Below, piece by piece: positions 36,617-42,000 of a DNA stretch of 42,000 nt. How positions within the stretch are numbered: the stretch's first letter is position 1; each line of letters starts with the position of its first letter. Origin of the DNA: Candidatus Methylomirabilia bacterium (GTDB lineage Bacteria; Methylomirabilota; Methylomirabilia; Rokubacteriales; CSP1-6); NCBI GenBank assembly GCA_041496385.1, contig JBGQEL010000032.1, forward strand, positions 1-42,000, written 5' to 3'. The translations under genes and the position numbers were made by a program. The notes below the pieces were generated by a model, which was given only the letters and a program-made list of their open reading frames with translations, was not told the origin of the DNA and made no database searches.

Positions 36617-38533
36617 ATGCGGCGTGTCCTCTACGCCACGGCCTCGCGCGCAGCGTCGGCCGCGGCCAGCCTCCTCGTCGACCGCTTCGAGACCGGCCCC
36701 TGGACCCCGGACGCCCTGGCCGAAGCCGTCGTGCCCACGGTCGTCCTCGCCGCGGACGACGGGCCGGTGCCGCCGCCCGCGAGCGATCAGGTGCGCGTCC
36801 TGGGCCTCGTCGACCCCGGCGCGGCGGGCCCCTGGCCCGCCCACTGGCACGCGCTGATTCCCCAGGGCGCGGGGCGCGCCATGCTGGAGCGCGCCGTGGA
36901 GGCCGCCTTCGCCGACGCCGAGCGGGCCGCCGAGATCACCCGGCTCGATCGCGAGCTGTCGGAGCTGAACGCGATCGGGATCCGCCTCTCGGCCGAGCGG
37001 AACCCGCGCGACCTCCTCGAGACGATCCTGACGAAGGCGCGCGAGATCACGAAGAGCGACGCGGGCTCGCTCTACCTCGTCGAGGAGGGGACCGACGGCA
37101 CGCGCCAGCTCCGCTTCGCCCTCGCCCAGAACGACAGCGTGGACTTCGCCTTCCGCTCGACGACGCTGGCCCTCACGAACGAGAGCGTCGTGGGCCACGT
37201 GGCGCTCACCGGGCAGATCCTGAACCTGGCGGACGCGTACACGCCGCCCGTGGGCGCTCCGTACCACATCAACCGCTCGTTCGACGAGCAGGTCGGGTAC
37301 CGCACGAAGTCCATGCTCGTGGTGCCGATGCGCACGCCCCAGGGCGAGACCATCGGCGCGCTCCAGCTCATCAACTGCAAGCCCGAGTTCGCGATGACGC
37401 TGCGCACGCCCGACGAGATCGAGCGGGTGGCGCGGCCCTTCGACGCCCGGCACGAGAAGCTCGCGAGCTCGCTGGCGTCGCAGGCCGCCGTGGCGCTCGC
37501 GAACAGCCGTCTCTACGAGTCGATCCGCGAGCTCTTCGAGGGCTTCGTGCAGGCGTCGGTCACCGCGATCGAGTCGCGCGACCCCACGACCTCGGGCCAT
37601 TCCTTCCGGGTTGCCAACTTCACCGTCGGGCTCGCGAGCGTCGTGGACCACGTGAACACCGGACCGTACGGCGCCACGACGTTCTCGACCGACGAGATGA
37701 TGGAGCTCCGCTACGCCGCGCTCCTCCACGATTTCGGCAAGGTCGGCGTGCGCGAGCAGGTGCTCGTCAAGGCCAAGAAGCTGCACGCCGGGGAGCTCGA
37801 CCGCATCTGGCAGCGCGTCGAGCTCATCAAGCGCGGCCTCGAGCTACGCTACGCGGGCAAGAAGGTCGAATACCTGATCGAGAAGGGCCGGCGCCGATTC
37901 CAGGAGCAGGCCGCGGCCTACGACGCCGAGCTGGCCGCGTACCTCGCGGAGCTCGACGACAGCCTGAACCGCATCGTGATGGCCAACGAGCCCGCGGTGC
38001 TCCCGCGCGACTTCGCCGCGGAGATCGAGCGCCTGGCGCTCCGGAGCTTCGAAGACCACCTGGGCAACCGCCACGCGATGATCACGCCCGAGGAGGCCGC
38101 GATTCTCTCCATTCCGAAGGGGAGCCTCACCCCCGACGAGGTTCGGCAGATCCAGTCGCACGTGGTGCACACCTACCAGTTCCTGGCCCAGATCCCCTGG
38201 ACGCGGGAGTTCCGGCGGATCCCGGAGATCGCGCGCTCACATCACGAGAAGCTCGACGGCTCGGGCTACCCCTACGGCGTCAAGGCCGACGACATTCCGC
38301 TGCAGTCGCGGATGATGACGATCGCCGACATCTACGACGCCCTGACCGCCAGCGACCGGCCCTACAAGCGCGCGGTGCCCGTGGACGCGGCGCTCGACAT
38401 CCTGGCTGCCGAGCGCCGCGCGGGACGGCTCGACAGCTCCCTCCTCGACCTCTTCATCGAGGCGAAGGTGTACGAGCGCACGAGCGCGGGCGTCAGCCCC
38501 CAAGAAGGAGAACGATTCCGGCCCACCCGATGA
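36617..38533 (+). CDS. GAF + split HD-GYP phosphodiesterase
   Basis: True start ATG 36617, preceded by TTGACT-18 nt-TACGCT. GAF (DAGSLY, GYRTKSMLVVP, LQLIN), HSFRVA, LHDFGK, KGSL, HHEKLDGSGYP, DIYDALT. Confidence 0.92.
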   Translation: MRRVLYATASRAASAAASLLVDRFETGPWTPDALAEAVVPTVVLAADDGPVPPPASDQVRVLGLVDPGAAGPWPAHWHALIPQGAGRAMLERAVEAAFADAERAAEITRLDRELSELNAIGIRLSAERNPRDLLETILTKAREITKSDAGSLYLVEEGTDGTRQLRFALAQNDSVDFAFRSTTLALTNESVVGHVALTGQILNLADAYTPPVGAPYHINRSFDEQVGYRTKSMLVVPMRTPQGETIGALQLINCKPEFAMTLRTPDEIERVARPFDARHEKLASSLASQAAVALANSRLYESIRELFEGFVQASVTAIESRDPTTSGHSFRVANFTVGLASVVDHVNTGPYGATTFSTDEMMELRYAALLHDFGKVGVREQVLVKAKKLHAGELDRIWQRVELIKRGLELRYAGKKVEYLIEKGRRRFQEQAAAYDAELAAYLAELDDSLNRIVMANEPAVLPRDFAAEIERLALRSFEDHLGNRHAMITPEEAAILSIPKGSLTPDEVRQIQSHVVHTYQFLAQIPWTREFRRIPEIARSHHEKLDGSGYPYGVKADDIPLQSRMMTIADIYDALTASDRPYKRAVPVDAALDILAAERRAGRLDSSLLDLFIEAKVYERTSAGVSPQEGERFRPTR

Positions 38534-38672
38534 GCGCCGCCAGCGCCGTCAGCGCGCGGGCGACCTCGCGCGCGACCCTGAGACTCTCCACGTGACGAGT
38601 AGTGTGCGCCAAAAAAAAGGCGCGCGAGCCCCGTCGATGCGAGAGCGCGTACGTGACCGCATGGGAATGCAT
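38493..38672 (-). CDS. 59-aa small membrane protein immediately downstream of lexA (not in the ORF track)
   Basis: AGGAGG, 5 nt, ATG 38672, which is 16 nt after the lexA stop. Translation: MHSHAVTYALSHRRGSRAFFLAHTTRHVESLRVAREVARALTALAALIGWAGIVLLLGG, with a C-terminal TM helix. Confidence 0.65.
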   Translation of the reverse strand: MHSHAVTYALSHRRGSRAFFLAHTTRHVESLRVAREVARALTALAALIGWAGIVLLLGG

Positions 38673-38688
38673 GAAACCCTCCTGACCT

Positions 38689-39333
38689 TCAAAAGCCGCG
38701 AAGCAGCCCGATGACCTTCCCGAGAATCTTCACCGAGCGCTCGGCCGGATCCACGACGATCGGCTTCATCGTCTGGTTCTCCGGCTTGAGCACGACGCGC
38801 GAGCCGTCGCGCAGGTAGCGCTTGACGGTGGCCTCGGCGTCGCCGCCCGCCTCGGACTCGAGCAGGGCGACGACGATATCGTTGAGTTGGGCCGTGTCCT
38901 GACGGCGGACCAGCACGAGGTCACCGTCCATGATGTGGGCGTCGATCATGCTCTCCCCGCGGACGCGCAGCGCGAACACGTCCGTGCCGCGATCGGCCAG
39001 GGCCGAGGGCGCCACGGGCAGCTCCCCTTCCCGGTTCTCCTCGGCGAGCAGCGGCGAGCCCGCCGCGATCCGACCCAGGATGGGGATGGAGCGGAAGGCG
39101 GGCGCGCCCGCGTGCGGCTCGACCAGCCGCAGCGCCCGCGAGGTGCGTCCGGCGCTCGCCCGGCGCTCGAGCGCGCCCTTGCGCTCGAGCGCCCTGAGGT
39201 GGTCGAACGCGGCCCGCGGGGTGACCTTGAACCGCTGGGCGATCTCGCGCACCGTCGGCGGCACCCCGTGCCGGAGCTGGAAGCTCCGGATGAAGCCGAG
39301 CACCTCTTGCTGCTTGGTCGTCAACTCGCGCAT
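38689..39333 (-). CDS. lexA: SOS repressor LexA
   Basis: LTTKQQEVL, PPTVREIA, HLRALERKG, cleavage site IAAG, catalytic GESM and TVKR. Confidence 0.96.
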   Translation of the reverse strand: MRELTTKQQEVLGFIRSFQLRHGVPPTVREIAQRFKVTPRAAFDHLRALERKGALERRASAGRTSRALRLVEPHAGAPAFRSIPILGRIAAGSPLLAEENREGELPVAPSALADRGTDVFALRVRGESMIDAHIMDGDLVLVRRQDTAQLNDIVVALLESEAGGDAEATVKRYLRDGSRVVLKPENQTMKPIVVDPAERSVKILGKVIGLLRGF

Positions 39334-39354
39334 GGCGGCCTCCCGTGGCTTCGA

Positions 39355-39384
39355 ATACTACTCAACTCGTGTTGAGCCTGTCCA
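39355..39384 (-). promoter_or_regulatory. lexA promoter with embedded palindromic operator candidate
   Basis: Minus strand TGGACA, 18 nt, TAGTAT. The spacer holds CTCAAC-N4-GTTGAG (39361-39376). Confidence 0.65.
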
Positions 39385-39386
39385 GC

Positions 39387-39411
39387 AAAAAAAGGAGGGC
39401 CCGTCAGGCCC
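39387..39411 (-). terminator. Intrinsic terminator after the tatB-like gene
   Basis: Minus strand GGGCC-TGACG-GGCCC, then TCC-T7. Confidence 0.55.
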
Positions 39412-39880
39412 CCGGCTCCCAGGGTTCGCAGACCGGGCAGGTCACGTAGCCCTGCTCGCGCGCGTCGCTCATGTGCTTGAAGTACTGGCGCTCGGCCTCG
39501 GGAATCCGCTTCACCCAGTCGCAGTCGCTCTTGTGGAAGAGCCGCGAGCCGCGCTGTGCGGAGAACGGCTCGGCGGGCTCGGCAACCGCCGCGGCCACGG
39601 AGCTCTCGAAGGCGGGTGCCGTCTCGCCTTCCGACGGGAGCGCGGTGGTGGCCTCGATGGCCGGCGCCGGAGTCTCGGGGACCGGGGGCTGGATGACCGG
39701 ATCGAGATCGTTGATGTGCAGGTTCGTCTCGACGGTCTGGCGGAAGTCGTCGCTCGCTCGCCGGAACTCGCGCATCGCGCGGCCCACCATCCGTCCGAGC
39801 TCCGGCAGCTTGCCGGGCCCGAAGACGAGCAGGGCGATGACCCCGATGAGGAGCATCTCCTGGAGACCGACGTCGAACAT
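39404..39880 (-). CDS. TatA/TatB-family subunit fused to a C-terminal Ada-like metal-binding domain
   Basis: MFDVGLQEMLLIGVIALLVFGPGKLPELGR amphipathic start. C-terminus SRLFHKSDC...F...DAREQGYVTCPVCEP. Confidence 0.85.
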   Translation of the reverse strand: MFDVGLQEMLLIGVIALLVFGPGKLPELGRMVGRAMREFRRASDDFRQTVETNLHINDLDPVIQPPVPETPAPAIEATTALPSEGETAPAFESSVAAAVAEPAEPFSAQRGSRLFHKSDCDWVKRIPEAERQYFKHMSDAREQGYVTCPVCEPWEPGA

Positions 39881-39894
39881 CGCGCCCTAGAATA

Positions 39895-40695
39895 TCACGC
39901 GGCCCCGGAGCCCAGACCCGCGGCGGCCGCGAGCTCGGCAAAGGAGCCGACGACGAGATCCGCCGCATCCGGGGGCGCGCCACCCCCGGGGGCGTAGAGG
40001 ACGGTGCGCATCCCGACGGCGCGCGCGCCCGCGATGTCCGACGTGATGCTGTCGCCCACCATCGCCGCCTCAGGGGACGGGAGCCCGAGCCGTTCGAGCG
40101 CGATGCGGAAGAGCGGGGCCTCGGGCTTGCCGACGACGATCGGTCGGACGTCCGCCGCCGCGGCCACCGCCGCGACGATGGCGCCGCAGCCCGGGAGGAA
40201 CTCGCCGTCCTCCATCGGCAGGCGCGGGTCCACGTTGGGCGTCACGAGCGGAGCGCCCGCCGCGCAGGCGCGCGCTGCCGCGGTGAGCCGCTCGTAGCTG
40301 AGGTCGAAGTCGTTGCCGACGGCGACCACGGTCGCCCGCCGGTAGTCGGCGACGGGGACGACCTCGTGACCCGCACTCGCAATCACCCGCGCCAGCTCCT
40401 CGGCGCCGATCACCAGCACGCGCGAGGGGCCGAAGCGGCGCCTGATCATCTCCCCGATGATCTCCAGCGGCGTGAGCGCGTGCTCGGCGCCGGTGACCCC
40501 GAGGGCGTGGAGACGACGCCGGATGTCCGCGCCCGTCGCGCGCGAGTTGTTGGTGAGAAACGCGAGCCCGTGCCCGGCGCGCCGGAGCGCGGCGAGCGTC
40601 CGTCCCGCGCCCGGATTCAACGCGTTGCCGTTCCAGACGCAGCCGTCGAGGTCGAAGACGAAGCCGCGGACGCCGGCGAGCGCGGGGGCGGGCAC
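39895..40695 (-). CDS. HAD-IIA (NagD-like) hydrolase
   Basis: FDLDGCVW, LTNNS, PGCGA, VGKP, MVGDSITSDI. Confidence 0.92.
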   Translation of the reverse strand: MPAPALAGVRGFVFDLDGCVWNGNALNPGAGRTLAALRRAGHGLAFLTNNSRATGADIRRRLHALGVTGAEHALTPLEIIGEMIRRRFGPSRVLVIGAEELARVIASAGHEVVPVADYRRATVVAVGNDFDLSYERLTAAARACAAGAPLVTPNVDPRLPMEDGEFLPGCGAIVAAVAAAADVRPIVVGKPEAPLFRIALERLGLPSPEAAMVGDSITSDIAGARAVGMRTVLYAPGGGAPPDAADLVVGSFAELAAAAGLGSGAA

Positions 40696-40794
40696 GCGGC
40701 CATTCTACTTCGTCCCGCGCGGACGGCCGGGGCCCTCTCGACCCGCACTCTCGTATGATGGTGGCCGATGCGGCGCGCGCGACCATCGGGATCC

Positions 40795-41736
40795 GTGACG
40801 GGCGCCAACCGGCTCGCGTACGAGCAACGGGTCAACCGCGTCATCGATCACGTCCGCGAACGTCTGGCCGAGGAGCTGTCGCTCGCGGGCCTGGCCCGGA
40901 TGGCGGCCTTCTCGCCGTTTCACTTCCACCGCGTGTTCAAGGCGATCACGGGCGAGACGCTCTTCGGCTTCATCCAGCGGCAGCGGATCGAGAAGGCGGC
41001 CGGCGCGCTGCGGAGCCACCCCGACCAGAGCGTCCTCGAGGTGGCGCTGGATCACGGCTTCGCGTCGGCCGCCACCTTCGCGCGGGCGTTCAGGGCGCGC
41101 TTCGGCATGAGCGCGACCCAATGGAGGGCCGGCGGGGCCGAGCGCGGGCGGGCGCGCCGCCGGCCGGAGCGCAATCCGGGCAAACAACTTCGCACGCAGG
41201 GCAAAGCGCGGCGCCGCGGGCGGCCCCATACTCCCCGCAGAAGCAAAGGGGAGGACGGGATGAACGTTCACGTCAGGGACTTGCCGGCGTATCACGTCGC
41301 CTACATGCGCTACGTCGGGCCGTACGGGGCGCACGGGATTCCGGACCTGTGGAAGAAGCTCGGGAAGTGGATGGACGCCCACGACCTCGCCTCGGAGACG
41401 GCCGTCAAGGTCGGCGTGGGCTACGACGATCCCAGCATCACGGCGGCCGAGCAGTGCCGGTACGACGCCAGCGTCGTGGTCCCGCCGGATTTTTCGCCCG
41501 ACCGATGGGTCAACGTCATGGACATCCCTGCGGGCCGGTACGCGGTCGCCGAGTTCACCGGGAGCGCCCACGAGATCGAAGGCGCCTGGGATGGCGTGTT
41601 CAGCTCGTGGCTGCCCGGCAGCGGCTATCAGCCCGATGATCGTCCCTGCCTCGAGGTCTACCGCGGCAACCCCGGCGCCGGCGCGAAGGCCGGGAACTTC
41701 CGGTGCGAGCTCTGTCTTCCCGTGAGGCCGCTGTGA
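40795..41736 (+). CDS. AraC-family regulator with C-terminal GyrI-like effector domain
   Basis: FSPFHFHRVFK, QRIEKAA, GFASAATFARAF, then YVGPYG, DDPSIT, CRYDA, WLPGSGY. Start GTG 40795 (or 40768). Confidence 0.92.
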   Translation: MTGANRLAYEQRVNRVIDHVRERLAEELSLAGLARMAAFSPFHFHRVFKAITGETLFGFIQRQRIEKAAGALRSHPDQSVLEVALDHGFASAATFARAFRARFGMSATQWRAGGAERGRARRRPERNPGKQLRTQGKARRRGRPHTPRRSKGEDGMNVHVRDLPAYHVAYMRYVGPYGAHGIPDLWKKLGKWMDAHDLASETAVKVGVGYDDPSITAAEQCRYDASVVVPPDFSPDRWVNVMDIPAGRYAVAEFTGSAHEIEGAWDGVFSSWLPGSGYQPDDRPCLEVYRGNPGAGAKAGNFRCELCLPVRPL

Positions 41737-41900
41737 GCGTGCGCAAGACGTTCCTCGCGGTGGCGGAGGCGCGGCCCGGCCGCTCGTCCTCCGCTACGTG
41801 CTGGAGACCTGCCGCACGGTCGAGGAGGCGGCGGCCGCGCTCATGCGCATCCCGGTGGCGATGGCGCAGAACGTGACGGTGCTCGACCGCACGGACGGCT
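41733..41900 (+). pseudogene. Remnant of a C45-family (Ntn hydrolase) peptidase
   Basis: GTGA-coupled start MSVRKTFLAVAEARPGR, then in another frame LVLRYVLETCRTVEEAAAALMRIPVAMAQNVTVLD. Most of the gene is absent. Confidence 0.55.
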
Positions 41901-41922
41901 TTGCGGCGGGCCGGCCCGCCGA

Positions 41923-42000
41923 TCAGTCGCCCGAGGCGCGCTCGAACTCGGCGATCGCCTCGGCGTAGACGCGCTCGGTGCGCTCGGCGACGCTCGCCCA
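41923..42000 (-). CDS. 3' end of a probable GT4 glycosyltransferase (partial)
   Basis: WASVAERTERVYAEAIAEFERASGD-stop resembles the terminal W..vA...e.vY helix of GT-B/GT4 enzymes. Confidence 0.5.
   Translation of the reverse strand, partial: WASVAERTERVYAEAIAEFERASGD

Noticed and set aside
38600..38650. Intrinsic terminator of lexA at the T8 run (minus strand)
   Set aside because: The preceding stem is weak and irregular, and the run lies in frame within the RBS-led 59-aa ORF. It is not fully excluded.
1..42000. CRISPR arrays, rRNA, riboswitches, transposases, prophage or defence genes
   Set aside because: No regularly spaced repeats or recognisable motifs were found by eye. Intergenic gaps are short and mostly explained. 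A covariance-model search was not possible.

Overview
A very GC-rich, gene-dense bacterial chromosomal segment. Gene content suggests Candidatus Rokubacteria (Methylomirabilota), but this is an inference only. In order it holds: the end of a CTAG-bounded repeat; a TusA/IscS-like pair; a diguanylate cyclase with a REC-HD-GYP phosphodiesterase; LLM and Gfo/Idh/MocA oxidoreductases; thiolase, DUF35 and DUF429 genes; a putative heteroaromatic catabolic cluster (HpaB-like, enamidase-like, Mo-hydroxylase L-M-S-L, decayed SDR); an uncharacterised operon (two paralogous HxHAEG membrane proteins, a His-His secreted protein, a Liv-type ABC transporter, TlpA); a MITE; GNAT, LysR remnant, DUF1624, VIT1 and USP genes; tRNA-Gly(CCC); a family-5 solute-binding protein; a KaiC-like/amidohydrolase/tRNA-nucleotidyltransferase operon; an ATP-dependent ligase; a GAF-HD-GYP protein; lexA; a TatB-Zn-domain fusion; a HAD hydrolase; and an AraC-GyrI regulator. 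The main observations are: (1) an IscS homologue with Asp in place of the PLP lysine, paired with TusA; (2) a 59-aa membrane ORF missing from the ORF track, directly behind lexA, plus a candidate new SOS box; (3) the HxHAEG/ABC/TlpA operon; (4) the TatB-Ada-like Zn fusion; (5) MITE-like elements at CTAG stop codons; (6) several internally deleted genes. No CRISPR, rRNA, integrase or transposase was seen. Family assignments come from motif recognition by eye, not from database searches.
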